From Nitrospirota bacterium (lineage in GTDB: Bacteria > Nitrospirota > UBA9217), in NCBI GenBank assembly GCA_963754875.1, contig CAVWHO010000001.1, positions 14,879-78,878 on the forward strand: a stretch of 64,000 nucleotides of DNA. Direction: 5' to 3'. Position 1 is the first letter of the stretch. Each line of letters begins with the position of its first letter. The position numbers were made by a program, and so were the translations under genes. The notes under the pieces are model-generated. The model did no database searches. It had not been told where the DNA came from and was given only the letters and a program-made list of their open reading frames with translations. Below, one piece after another: positions 47,485-58,230 of the stretch.

Positions 47485-47612
47485 TTCGAACAAGGCGTAA
47501 AAGACTTTTTACCGCAGAGGACGGAGATAATCTGAACAAAAATCAGCTTGTTATTGTTTCTCCGCGGCTCTGGGAGATCTTGACTTACGAAACCAACCTC
47601 AAGGAGGGATGT

Positions 47613-47837
47613 ATGAATCTGGAAAAAGTACTCATCGCGTTGAGCGCCGCCCTGGCAATCGGACTCCCGGCATTTGCAACGGCCTGGGCACAGTCAAAGA
47701 TCGGGGCAGCGGGGGCAGGGGCCCTTGCCGAAAAGCCGGAACTGACCGGCACGGTCGTGATCCTCGTCGCCATCCCCGAGACGATGGTGATTCTCGGTTT
47801 CGTCGTGGCAACGATGATCCTTTTCACGGTGAAGTAG
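47613..47837 (+). CDS. atpK: A/V-type ATPase proteolipid subunit K (single hairpin)
   Basis: AAGGAGGG RBS. 74 aa with two TM helices and the essential Glu in AIPETMVILG. Intact. Confidence 0.85.
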   Translation: MNLEKVLIALSAALAIGLPAFATAWAQSKIGAAGAGALAEKPELTGTVVILVAIPETMVILGFVVATMILFTVK

Positions 47838-47838
47838 C

Positions 47839-48431
47839 ATGAGCTCCCGGGAGTTGATCGAGTCGCTCCGGCAGGCGGGCGAAGAGAATATCCGTGTTGT
47901 GAAGCGGGAAGCGGAACAGGAGATGGCTGCCCTGCAAGCCGCTGCCGCCCAAAAAATCGCTGATCTGCAGAAGCACTATGCGGAGCAGCTTGGCCGTTGT
48001 CAGCGGCGATGAATTACGACGGGCCCGCGCGGAGGCGTCCAGCCGCGCCCGTGCGCTCAGGCTGGACGCGGAAGAAACACTCGCAGACAGCCTGTATTCG
48101 ATCGCCCGCTTTTCCCTACACCAGCTGCGGGACGACCGCTATCCTGCGGTTTTCGAGAAGCTGGTCCGGGAACTTCCCGCATTGCAGTGGAAGAGCGTGC
48201 GGGTGAATACGGCGGACGTCGACCTTGCGCGAAAGTATTTCCCCGATGCGGAGATTTCGCCGGTCGGGCATATCTCGGGAGGCGTTGAAGTGACGATGGC
48301 TGACGGGGCGATCAGGGTGATCAACACGTTCGAGAAAGAGATTGGAACGTTTATGGGCCGACCTGCTTCCGCAGATGGTCAGTGACGTATACAGCGAGGT
48401 GGGCGATGGATCTTCTCCACAATCCCGGTGA
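47839..48431 (+). pseudogene. atpE: A/V-type ATPase subunit E, two +1 frame breaks (about 47990 and 48335)
   Basis: MSSRELIESLRQAGEENI... is in frame 1, AVVSGDELRRARAEA...VINTFEK in frame 2, and LERLWADLLPQMVSDVY in frame 0. Confidence 0.75.
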
Positions 48432-49372
48432 CGCGGGTTACCCGACCGAGTACCTGTTGTCGCGGATCAAAGGAAGACGGTCTTCGTTGATCAAAAACTG
48501 GAAATCCCTGGTCTATGATCAGGACCTTTTTCTCTCCGACTTCGCCGCTGAAACAGGGCGTACTTCGCACGTCAATTGCTCCCGACCGGATCTGGGCGGA
48601 ACTCATGCGGGAATACCGGTGGGTGTACGGGCAGATGAACCAACAGCTTCGGGCCATCTTTTATCCCTATTTTCTGTACGCCGAATTGCGGAACGTCTGT
48701 ATCTGTCTTCGGCACCTTCGTGACAAGAAGGAAGGGCCAATCGACGAAGTCCTCGGCAAAAGCCTGCTCTCCGATGAGGTGAAGGGGGTGTTCGTACGCA
48801 GCAGTGATCTGGCGGAAGCCGTTGCCGGCGTCGAGCGGTTGTTTTCCACGCTCTCAAAAAAATTTGCAGGTCTTTCCCTTGTCGCGCAAGAAGAGGGCCT
48901 GCGCGGCGTTGAGCAGCATCTGATTGAGACGTATCTTGCAGTTATGGTCGGCTCCAAGTTACATCCACTTTTGCAAAAGTTCTTTTCGCGACTGGTCGAT
49001 GCGCGGAACATAATGAGCCTCTATAAATATCTGCGCCTGGAGCACACAGAGCCTCCCCCGGTCCTGCCGGGTGGCAGTATCGCGGCAGAGAAGCTGCGCG
49101 AGCTTGCAGCAAAAGACGACATCGTTGCAGTAGGACCGGTGATCCGCGCATTGACCGGCATAAAGGTGGAACGGCCTGAGCCGACGACGGTTGAACTTGC
49201 TCTCTATAAAGGGATGACCCGATGGCTGCGGATTGAAGGACGGGAACCCTTCGGCGTAGGGCCGATCCTGGATTACCTCTGGCGCTGTTCGATCGAAGCG
49301 ATGAACTTGAGCGTACTCTATCAGGGAAAGGACCTGGAGCGGGATATTGTCACTGCTGAACTCGTGATGTGA
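48406..49372 (+). pseudogene. atpC: A/V-type ATPase subunit C (d-type), one +1 frame break near 48525
   Basis: MDLLHNPGDAGYPTEYLLSRIKGRR is in frame 1. The remainder is in frame 2 (ORF 48515-49372). Confidence 0.75.
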
Positions 49373-49408
49373 GGACAAAAACAGGAGAACATAGGGCTCG
49401 GGTCTCAC

Positions 49409-49729
49409 ATGAAAAAAATTGCGTTCATTACTCCTTCTGATGCTGAATTTGGATTCAGCCTGAGCGGCGTTCCGCAGAAGACCGCGGAAGCGGCTGATGC
49501 CGAAGACGTGCTCACACAAACCATGGCAGAACCCGACATCGGTCTCGCTGTTGTCGATGAACGCCTGCTCACGGGCATGCCCGATGAACGGCTTCGTGAG
49601 CTCGAACGGTCATGGCAGGGCATTTTTCTGGTCCTCCCGTCTCCTGAAAAACCGCCGGCAGAGGTCGAAGACTATGCGGCACGGCTGATCCGACGTGCCA
49701 TAGGGTATCATGTGAGACTAAAATTATGA
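49409..49729 (+). CDS. atpF: A/V-type ATPase subunit F
   Basis: 106 aa with MKKIAFITPSDAEFGFSLSG...GLAVVDERLL. Intact. Confidence 0.8.
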   Translation: MKKIAFITPSDAEFGFSLSGVPQKTAEAADAEDVLTQTMAEPDIGLAVVDERLLTGMPDERLRELERSWQGIFLVLPSPEKPPAEVEDYAARLIRRAIGYHVRLKL

Positions 49730-49806
49730 TGATGCAGGCTGTGGAGCTGCCTTACTGAGGGTCGTATGGACTAAAAACCAGAGATTCCCTATCTGCTAGA
49801 GGGTAA

Positions 49807-51482
49807 ATGCATATGTCGAACAACGGCGGTACAATCCAGAGCATATCAGGACCGACGGTCAGCTGCGACCTCAAGGGGCTGAAGCTTTACGAGCGCGTCT
49901 ACGTCGGCCATGCCATGCTTACCGGCGAGGTGGTACGACTCGAGCGCGACAAAGTCGTGATCCAGGTCTACGAAGACACGCGCGGTCTTGCCGTGGGCGA
50001 GCCGGTCAAAGGCGTGGGCAGGCCGCTTACGGTACGGCTGGGACCGGGACTTCTCGGCGGAATGTTCGACGGTCTCCAGAGGCCCCTCGAACGACTCAGG
50101 GAAGAAATGGGCCCTTTTATCACCGGCGGCCGTGAACTCTATGCCCTCGATTACATGAAGCGCTGGGATTTCTCACCGGCCCTGAAAAAGGACGATGAGG
50201 TCGCGGGCGGCACCGTCATCGGGACGGTGAATGAAGGGACTTTTAAACATTACATCATGTCCAGCGCCGACGAAAGCGGCACGGTCGGCCAGATCAGAGA
50301 AGGCAGCATCAGCCTCGACGAACCGCTCGGCGAATACATGGACAACCGGGACATCCCGGGATGTCACGAATGGCCGGTGCGAATCGCGCGACCGTACCGG
50401 AAAAAGTTTCCTCCTGCTTCGCCGATCGTTACGGGCCAGCGGAGCATCGACTTCCTTTTCCCGCTCGCCCGGGGCGGAACGGCTATCTTTCCCGGCGGGT
50501 TCGGCACGGGCAAGACCATCCTTGAGCAATCGATCGCGAAATTCGCCGACGTCGACATTGTCGTTTACGTGGGGTGCGGCGAGCGCGGAAACGAGATGGC
50601 GGACATGATCGCGGAATTCGAGGAGCTGCAGGACCCGCGGACAAAGCGGCCGCTGCGGGAACGTACGGTGCTGGTCGTCAACACCTCGAACATGCCGGTG
50701 GCGGCCCGCGAAGCCTCGATCTACACGGCGGTAACCATGGCCGAGTACTACCGGGACATGGGCTACCATGTGCTCTTTCTCGCTGACAGCCTTTCCCGGT
50801 GGGCCGAGGCGTCTGCGCGAGATCTCAGCGTCGCTCGAGGAAATGCCCGGAGAAGAAGGCTATCCGACCTATTTGGCCTCGCGCCTGGCCGGTTTCCTGG
50901 AACGGGCAGGGGTGGTCGAGACTCTTTCCGGGAAGATCGGATCGCTCAGCATGATCCTGTCCGTTTCTCCTCCGGGCGGCGATTTCACCGAGCCGGTCAC
51001 ACAGTCCTGTCTCAGGACGACCGGCTCCTTCCTCATGCTCGACACTTCGCTCGCGCACAGGAGACATTATCCGGCGATCAACTGGTTCCAGAGTTATTCG
51101 CTCTACGGCGGGGAAGTGGCCGAGCACTACCGGACCAAGGTCTCCCCGGAATGGGACGAACTACTCCAGCAGAAGCAGGCAACTTCTGCAGCAGGAGGAA
51201 TCGCTCCGGGAAGTCGCCGAGATCGTGGGAGCTGAAGGGCTTCAGGACGCGGACCGCCTGCTCATGCGTACAGCCGAACGGATCCGCACCGAATTCCTCC
51301 AGCAGAATGCCTACAGTGAAGACGCCTTCTCCTCTCCGGAGAAAACGTTTTCGATCATAAAAGGTATCATCGGACATTACGACCGGGCTGCGGAAAAACT
51401 GAAAGCGGGAGTTGCGCTGGAAGAAGCGATAAAGAGCAGGAGAAGTGAGGCAGGGGGAAAGTCAGGATCCAGGTACAGGTAG
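49807..51482 (+). pseudogene. atpA: A/V-type ATPase catalytic subunit A, two +1 frame breaks (about 50811 and 51170)
   Basis: Walker A GGFGTGKT. The [11 protein letters not shown] / [21 protein letters not shown] junction changes frame, and the C-terminus [18 protein letters not shown] lies in a third frame. Confidence 0.9.
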
Positions 51483-51552
51483 TAACCATCTGACTGTCCA
51501 TCGTGCATCATGAATCTATCCTGATCATGAATCTTTAACCGGGGAAGGTACC

Positions 51553-52883
51553 ATGCGATTATCCGAACATATATACCGTACGATCTCCACAATCGCCGGC
51601 CCGCTCCTGTTCGTCGAAAACGTCCAGGATGTGCGGGTCGGAGAAATGGTCACGGTCCATACGCCTGACGGCAGGGACATGGAAGCGGAGGTGCTCGAGA
51701 TCGACGGCGCGACGACCCTGGTCGAGGTGTACGGCACTACCCAGGGCCTGGACATCGAGCGAACGACCGTTTCCTTTACCGATGCGGTAAAAAAGGTCCC
51801 CCTGTCCCCGGACATCGTGGGAAGGATCTTCAACGGCTCCTTCGAGCCCAAGGACGGCGCCCCGCTGTTCATCCCCGAGAAGAGGATGCCGATCACCGGC
51901 GCGCCGATCAATCCTGCGGCCCGCGCGCGGCCGGCTGATTTCATCGAGACGGGATTTACCACGATCGACGGCTTTGAACACGCTCGTGCGCGGCCAGAAA
52001 CTTCCGATATTTTCCGTGCGCAGGGCTGCCCTCGAAGGAAGTCGTCGCCTCGATCCTCAGCAACTCGCGGCTTGCCGACCCCGCAAAAAAATTTATCGTC
52101 ATCTTTGCGGCCCTCGGCCTGACGTTCCACGAGTACTCGTTCTACATGAAAACGCTCGAGAAATGAAGACGGGGTTCGTGGCCTTCGTGAATATGGCCGA
52201 TGAACCGGTGATGGAGCGGCTGCTCGCTCCCGCGGTTCGCCCTGACCGTTGCGGAATACCTGGCCTTTGAAAAAGGAATGGACATCCTCGTGATCATCAC
52301 GGACATGACGAACTACTGCGATGCGCTGCGAGAGATCTCCACGGCCCGGGAGGAACTGCCCGGCAGACGCGGGTATCCGGGCTATATGTACTCGGACCTG
52401 GCGTCACTGTATGAGCGCGCGGGCCGCATCTACGGCCGCGAAGGCTCGGTCACCATGCTGCCGGTCGTGACCATGCCCGAGGACGACATCACCCATCCAA
52501 TCCCGGACCTCACCGGGTACATCACCGAAGGCCAGATCGTTCTGTCGCGGGAACTTCATCAAAAAGGGATTTTTCCTCCCATAGACGTTCTCCCGAGCCT
52601 GTCGCGGCTCATGCAGAAGGGGATCGGCGAAGGACGGACCCGCGCAGACCACCGGAAGGTTTCGAACCTTTTGTATAAGTACTATGCAAAGGGAAGGGAC
52701 CTGCGGCGGCTCGAAGCCATCGTCGGCCGGGACGGCATGACCAAGGCGGACATTCTGATGCTCGATTTTGCCGATGCCTTTGAAAAGGAACTGGTCGGCC
52801 AGGGAGGGGCGAGGCGCACGGTAGTGGAGAGCCTTGACGCCGGACTGGCGCTGATGAAGAGGTTCGGGCTGGAAACGACCTGA
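51553..52883 (+). pseudogene. atpB: A/V-type ATPase subunit B, about four frame breaks (about 51972, 52018, 52160, 52235)
   Basis: Frames run 1, 2, 0, 2, 0. The pieces TTIDG / NTLVRGQKLPIFS / GLPSKEVVASIL...YMKTLEK / MKTGFVAFVNMADEP / [28 protein letters not shown] are all recognisable. Confidence 0.9.
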
Positions 52884-52887
52884 AAAC

Positions 52888-52984
52888 AGTTCAGAGTTCA
52901 TAGTTCAGCGTTCAAAGTTCAAGGTAGGAGGTTATGGCGTCTGTTCTTTTCACTATGAACTCTGCACTCTGAACTTTGAACTTC
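52888..52984. repeat. composite low-complexity palindromic element (gttcagagttcatagt / gttcaaagttcaa units) between atpB and atpD
   Basis: The left arm (52888-52923) and right arm (52952-52984) contain reverse-complementary sub-blocks. It shares the 14-mer cactctgaactttg with 34539-34552. Confidence 0.55.
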
Positions 52985-52997
52985 TTTTAGGGGTTCT

Positions 52998-53665
52998 ATG
53001 ATCCATCCTACCCGTACAAACCTGCTTTTGCTAAAGGACAAGTCAAGGTCCGTGGCAAACAGCATCGCGATCCTGAAGGCCAGAAAACAGGCGCTGATCA
53101 AGGAATTTCTTGCAGCGACCCTGCCGTTCCTCCGCTCCCGGGAGGACATCAGACAGTCCTACGGCAAAGCGCTGCGAGAACTGGCGCTGACGCTCGGACA
53201 TGAGGGGAAGGACACGGTCGATCGATTGTCGTTGCTACGGAACGGGAATTTGGTATCGATGTTATCGAGAAAAGTATTTGGGGGCTCCGCTACAAGGACA
53301 TAGTATTTCATGATACGCCGGTAAGAAGCCCGGACAAACGCGGTTACGATGAGCGGGGAACGACTCCGCACCTTGAGGAAGGCACCATTCTGTTCGAAAA
53401 ACTTCTCGAGTCCATGCTGCACATAGCGGAATATGAGTCCAAGCTCAAACGTCTCGGCGAGGAGATTTTGCGGACCACGAGGCGGATCAAGGTGCTGGAA
53501 GAGATGGTGCTCCCCGACCTGAAGGTCCAGATCAGGAGCATCGCCCAGTACATCAGCGAGCGGGAGCGCGAATCGTTCTACCGGCTGAAACGGGTCAAGA
53601 ATATCCTGACCGCAGCTAAAGAACAGACTCAAACCGCAAGGCGAGGCTTGATGAATGATTCATAA
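52998..53665 (+). pseudogene. atpD: A/V-type ATPase subunit D, one frame break near 53222
   Basis: MIHPTRTNLLLLKDKSRSV... is in frame 0. IVVATEREFGIDVIEKSIWGLRY...RIKVLEEMVLPDL is in frame 2. Confidence 0.85.
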
Positions 53666-53810
53666 ATAAGTTTTACAAAAGCATAGAGAGAGTGGCACAT
53701 CACCTTGAAGACAGTCAGTTTAAGAACTTCCAATAAATAATAAATAGTGATACAATCGATTTAGAATTAGAAAATATTCTTGTTTCTCGTTTTCTGCGGG
53801 GCATATACCG

Positions 53811-55232
53811 ATGAAGCATGGACTTCGACCATGGATAGTTGTTTTTTGTGCAGCACTGTTTTTGACCGCAGGCTGCAGGGCCAAACAAGAAACAACTGCT
53901 CCAGCTACTCTGGTGTCTATTAACATTAATCCCTCCTCACCGAGCGCAGCTCCCAACACAACAACACAACTTCAGGCCTTCGGCATATATTCAAACAATT
54001 TGCAAGTGAACCTGACGACGTTAGCAACATGGGATTCGGCAAATACCGGCGTTGCCACGGTGGATGCCAAAGGGCTTGTCACGACCCTGAACCCGGGATC
54101 TTCTACCATCACGGCGAGTTTTCAAAACATTACCGGATCTACGGTACTGACCTCCTCCGCAACCGTATCGATTGCGTTGACGCCCGCTGATCCCACCATC
54201 GCGGGCGGTACCGTTGTCCAGTTTTCCGCTCTTGGTTCGCTCCAGAACGGGGCAACGCAGGGCCTTACGTCCTTCGCTTCGTGGAGCTCTTCGGATGGGG
54301 GAATAGCCACGGTCAACAGCAGCGGGCTCGCGACCGGAGCTGCCTCGACAACCGGGTCAACGACGATTAGTGCCTCATTCGGAGGAATTACCGGGACCAC
54401 GTCTCTCACCTTGGCAACGGTAACCTCCCTTTCCGTCTCACCAGCCAGTGCGACCATTGTACTCGGGGCAACAAAGCAGTTTACCGCTTCCGGCGCATTA
54501 ACAGGCGGAGCCACGCAGGACCTCACGGCCTATGCAGTGTGGAGTTCATCAACCCCGACCGTCGCGACCATCGGGACGGGAACAACGTCGCCCGGACTCG
54601 CCGTATCAGCCGGCACCGGTTCGACTTCGATCACGGCATCGTTTGGAGGAGTGTCTTCGAACTCCGCAGTGCTGACGGTGACTCCCGCGGTCCTGTCATC
54701 GATCTCAATAACTCCCGTCAATTCGAGCGTTGCTGTCGGCAAGGTGCAGCAGTTTACTGCTATTGGCGCATATTCCGACGGTTCTAAAAAGGACATAACC
54801 GCATCGGCAACTTGGACGTCGAATAATACGCAGGTCGCGACAGTGGGCAATGCTGCGGGAACGAAAGGCCTGGCCACGGCCCTGTCAGTCGGTACGACAT
54901 CAGTGAGCGCAAGCTTCAGCGGAGTCACGTCAAATGCCGTTACTCTGACAGTCACCGCGGCTGAGCTGACATCCATAATAGTAACGCCGCCCAACCCAAT
55001 CATTAGCATCGGCACCGTTGCGCAATTCAAGGCACTGGGTGTATTTTCCGACAATTCGGCACAGGACCTGACAACGACAGTCACCTGGACTTCGTCAGAC
55101 GCCTCTGTTGCGATCATTTTCACGGCCCCGGGTTCACAGGGATTCGCCACAGCAAACAACGTGGGAACAACCACGATCACAGCCACGTCCGGGACCGTCT
55201 CGGGGAACACTCTCCTTACGGTGACTTTCTAA
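53811..55232 (+). CDS. surface lipoprotein with about five tandem bacterial Ig-like (Big_2) domains
   Basis: Lipobox LTAGC. Repeated units of about 85 aa (ATVD/ATVN...GL(A/V)T...G(S/T)T(T/S)I(T/S)ASF). Confidence 0.8.
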   Translation: MKHGLRPWIVVFCAALFLTAGCRAKQETTAPATLVSININPSSPSAAPNTTTQLQAFGIYSNNLQVNLTTLATWDSANTGVATVDAKGLVTTLNPGSSTITASFQNITGSTVLTSSATVSIALTPADPTIAGGTVVQFSALGSLQNGATQGLTSFASWSSSDGGIATVNSSGLATGAASTTGSTTISASFGGITGTTSLTLATVTSLSVSPASATIVLGATKQFTASGALTGGATQDLTAYAVWSSSTPTVATIGTGTTSPGLAVSAGTGSTSITASFGGVSSNSAVLTVTPAVLSSISITPVNSSVAVGKVQQFTAIGAYSDGSKKDITASATWTSNNTQVATVGNAAGTKGLATALSVGTTSVSASFSGVTSNAVTLTVTAAELTSIIVTPPNPIISIGTVAQFKALGVFSDNSAQDLTTTVTWTSSDASVAIIFTAPGSQGFATANNVGTTTITATSGTVSGNTLLTVTF

Positions 55233-55438
55233 TTTCCCTTGCAAGTGCATCAATAAAGATGTCGCCGGTAATCGGTTTGTAGTGCTGCCCGCCAAAGGAG
55301 TATTACAATAAAGTCGGGCCAACTTCAATTTACAGAGATGCTGTTTTCTGCCACACTCCTGAGTGTCGCTTAATAACATGGTTGAAAAGATCTGGACTAC
55401 CAACAGCCAGAGGTGGTTTAGAAGGTGTCGCAACGTTT

Positions 55439-55822
55439 ATGAACGACAATGAAATGCGGGACATGCTCATCGACTACATGGGCAAGGGCTTCCTCGACAA
55501 TATTATTGCTTTGTGCAAGCAGGACCTCTCCGTTTTGCGGTTCATTCCTGACATGCTAGGAGCGGAAAACATCCGGGTCCGGCTGGGCGCTACGGCACTC
55601 GTGGAGGAACTGGCTCCACACCATAGAAACGAACTCCGGACAGCGGTGCCGGGGCTTATCGAGCTCCTGAAACACGAGAACCCGACCATCCGGGGAGACG
55701 CTGCATCAGTGCTCGGCATTATCAGGGACCGGACGGCCGAGAACGCGCTGCAGATGAGTTTGGAAGACGACCATCCCGGCGTTCGGGAGGCCGCCCGCGA
55801 TGCGCTCGCTGAGATGGGGTAG
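55439..55822 (+). CDS. HEAT-repeat protein
   Basis: RVRLGATALVEEL, NPTIRGDAASVLG and HPGVREAARDAL repeats. Confidence 0.65.
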   Translation: MNDNEMRDMLIDYMGKGFLDNIIALCKQDLSVLRFIPDMLGAENIRVRLGATALVEELAPHHRNELRTAVPGLIELLKHENPTIRGDAASVLGIIRDRTAENALQMSLEDDHPGVREAARDALAEMG

Positions 55823-55833
55823 ATAAAAACAAA

Positions 55834-55858
55834 AAGGCGTGCTTTTTGAGCACGCCTT
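55834..55858 (-). terminator. intrinsic terminator (T-tail on minus strand)
   Basis: aaggcgtgc-tttttga-gcacgcctt, with aaaaacaaaa on the plus-strand 5' side. Confidence 0.7.
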
Positions 55859-55881
55859 CATTTCCTGCAGCCGATGGTTGA

Positions 55882-57066
55882 TTACCAGCCGACGTCCAGG
55901 GTTACGAGCTGCCGCCTGTCCTTGTCCTGGCCGGCATAGGCCCCGAGCTCTTCGGTGTACATGGCGTAGGAGATCGTGAAGATAAGCAGCCGGAGGTCAA
56001 AGCCCAGGGTCGGGGAGCTATTATACCACCCTGCACGGAGGGCGACTTCAGCAGGTAAAATATCAAAGAGCTGAAGCTCGGCGCCTAACCTCAATCTCTT
56101 GGCCATGTCCTTGTCTTGCTTGAAGTTGTTCAGCAGATCAATATAATCGGCAGCTACCGTCAGCGATCGGGACCAGGAGATGGAAGGATTGATGGCGAAA
56201 CCCACGTTGACTGTTTGCGGCAAGGTGCCGGCATCGCCGAAATTCAGATTGCCGACGTTCAAGACCGACGCGCCGAATGTCGGCTTGAGCTGGGAAGCAG
56301 GCGCGAATTTCCAGATAACACCGAGATCAAAGCCAGTTCCATCGCCGCTCTTTTTAAGGTCTTTCTGGATATAGTCGCTCAGGTTGTTCTGATTGTCCAC
56401 TAATTCCCTGGCAGTAAAATTATGGATCAGCGTATCACGATGAAGGGACTTGACCGAGATGCCGGCAAAAAGGTTGTCCGTGACCCCGTAGCTGACGCCT
56501 CCCACTCCGCCGTAGGTTGCGTCTGCGTCCACTTCGAGAAAGCCGTCTGAACCGAAGCCTTGATGGGTCAAGGCATCCAGCCTGCCGCTCCCGATCCCAC
56601 CGACGCCGAAAGCCCACCGGTCATAACTATGGCCGATCGAAGTAAAGTCCGCGACCCGAAGATGCAGGTTTTCTCCGCGATACTTTGCAAGAACGTCGTT
56701 GACTGCCCTGAGCTGGTCGTCGCTCGATGAGCCGTCCCCGTTCAAGTCTTGTGTATCAAGCGCATCCTTCATGTCCTTCAGAAACTTTTCGCTATTTTTC
56801 CCATATTCGGCGCTGAGATTGATCAAATTCACTTCCCAGCCCTTGTCCTGAGGGATGTTGATCAGGCCGGCCGGGTTGTAGAACAGCGTATCTACCCTGC
56901 CGCCGACAGCGGTATAGGCACCGCCCATGCCCATTGCCCTGGTCGACTTATAGATGTATGGGTATTCGAGCATGGAAGGATCGGCAAAAGCGGATGCCGG
57001 GAGCACAATGCATAAAGCACTCAACAGAAGCCAGTGTAATTTAATTTTTTGGACCGACATATTCAT
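55882..57066 (-). CDS. outer-membrane beta-barrel protein (TraF/PorV-like)
   Basis: Signal peptide, AMGMGGAYTAVGG..DTLFYNPAGL N-terminal motif, alternating beta-strand pattern and a terminal W. Confidence 0.6.
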   Translation of the reverse strand: MNMSVQKIKLHWLLLSALCIVLPASAFADPSMLEYPYIYKSTRAMGMGGAYTAVGGRVDTLFYNPAGLINIPQDKGWEVNLINLSAEYGKNSEKFLKDMKDALDTQDLNGDGSSSDDQLRAVNDVLAKYRGENLHLRVADFTSIGHSYDRWAFGVGGIGSGRLDALTHQGFGSDGFLEVDADATYGGVGGVSYGVTDNLFAGISVKSLHRDTLIHNFTARELVDNQNNLSDYIQKDLKKSGDGTGFDLGVIWKFAPASQLKPTFGASVLNVGNLNFGDAGTLPQTVNVGFAINPSISWSRSLTVAADYIDLLNNFKQDKDMAKRLRLGAELQLFDILPAEVALRAGWYNSSPTLGFDLRLLIFTISYAMYTEELGAYAGQDKDRRQLVTLDVGW

Positions 57067-57081
57067 GCCTTCCTCCGTCGT

Positions 57082-58230
57082 TTATTTTAAGTTTGTTTGC
57101 AGGTAGTTCGCCAGATTCTGCGACGTGCATGCAGTTGTGCACGGTGCGCACGGTGTCGTAGTACAACCGCAGCATGCCTGGGCCTGTATATCATTAATGG
57201 CCGTTTGAACGTCTGTAGTACCCGTAACTGAACTGGTTAGTGATGAGTTCAGGGAACTGACCGAACCGGTCAACGTCTGGTTGACGGCGTCAACAAGGTT
57301 AAGAGGCTGATTATTCTGCACAACGATGGGGCATGGCCACGTGCTGAGGGGGTTGTTTGCATCCGTGCACACGTCATTCGACGTAGTTGCTACCCAGTAC
57401 AGGCTGGTCGTTGGATCCTTATAGAGGAGTTTTTTGTAAGTCGTTGTCCCGGACGGGATACAGGCCGATGCATTGCCGCCGGAAACTTGCGTGATCGTAA
57501 TGGTTACGCCGCTATAGTACGTCTGCGGATATGTCCCCGTGGCCGCCGACACAATATTCCCAGAGGGGTCTTTAAGTGTCATATCGACGGGAGCAGCAGG
57601 AGCATAGGTTGCACCGCTGCACGTCTGTGTCGCCCCGGTACTGATTCTCGCGGCGGCAATAAGCGCACAGGCCGTGGCGTCTGCGTCATCCGGTACGCCG
57701 TTATTATTATCGTCACAGGCGGTATTCAGATTTCCATTCGCGTCCAGTATGTTGGGGACAACGAGCTTTATGAGTGTTAAACCCTTTAAAGCATCGACGA
57801 GGCTGATGTAGAACTGAGCATCCTTGTAGTTATCGGAAGTGTAGCTCCCCGTTGTCGATGTCGTTGTGACATTACTATAGGCACTTATCGAGTCGTCCAT
57901 ATACGTGAGGGAGGTCCCGGTCGCGTTGGTCACAAGGGACGTCATATAAACGTTCAGATCGGTTTGTGTGTTGGTTGAGGCGCTGGTAGTGCCGGTCTTG
58001 CTTAAATTGTTGATCACGTCCTTTATGTCGAAGCCGGACAGGCCGAAATAAGCGGCGCCTTTCTGCATGTCATTGGCGCATGACGACGAGAGCACGGCGG
58101 CGTAATCGCCTTTGTCGAGATTTATCGTTACTTGATGAATACAGGCCTCATCGGAGCTTTTATTGCTACAGCCGAAAAAAACTGTCGCTATTCCGACTGC
58201 GAAAAAAAGGTACAGCAAACGTCTGTTCAT
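57082..58230 (-). CDS. Thr/Ser-rich lipoprotein with Cys-rich C-terminus
   Basis: AGGAGG RBS before ATG 58230. Lipobox FFGC. C-terminal QACCGCTTTPCAPCTTAC. Confidence 0.6.
   Translation of the reverse strand: MNRRLLYLFFAVGIATVFFGCSNKSSDEACIHQVTINLDKGDYAAVLSSSCANDMQKGAAYFGLSGFDIKDVINNLSKTGTTSASTNTQTDLNVYMTSLVTNATGTSLTYMDDSISAYSNVTTTSTTGSYTSDNYKDAQFYISLVDALKGLTLIKLVVPNILDANGNLNTACDDNNNGVPDDADATACALIAAARISTGATQTCSGATYAPAAPVDMTLKDPSGNIVSAATGTYPQTYYSGVTITITQVSGGNASACIPSGTTTYKKLLYKDPTTSLYWVATTSNDVCTDANNPLSTWPCPIVVQNNQPLNLVDAVNQTLTGSVSSLNSSLTSSVTGTTDVQTAINDIQAQACCGCTTTPCAPCTTACTSQNLANYLQTNLK

Noticed and set aside
46378-47493. 371-aa minus-strand ORF inside the ATPase operon
   Set aside because: It is antisense to the TM-rich half of subunit I. 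It is highly charged and low-complexity, with no motifs.
45268-53665. Programmed ribosomal frameshifting as an explanation for the ATPase frame breaks
   Set aside because: There are too many sites (about 17). There are no common slippery heptamers or downstream structures, and the same kind of break occurs in unrelated genes.
54122-55210. 134-aa and 226-aa minus-strand ORFs
   Set aside because: They are antisense to the Big_2 repeat lipoprotein. The repetitive Thr/Ala/Val codons keep the opposite strand open.
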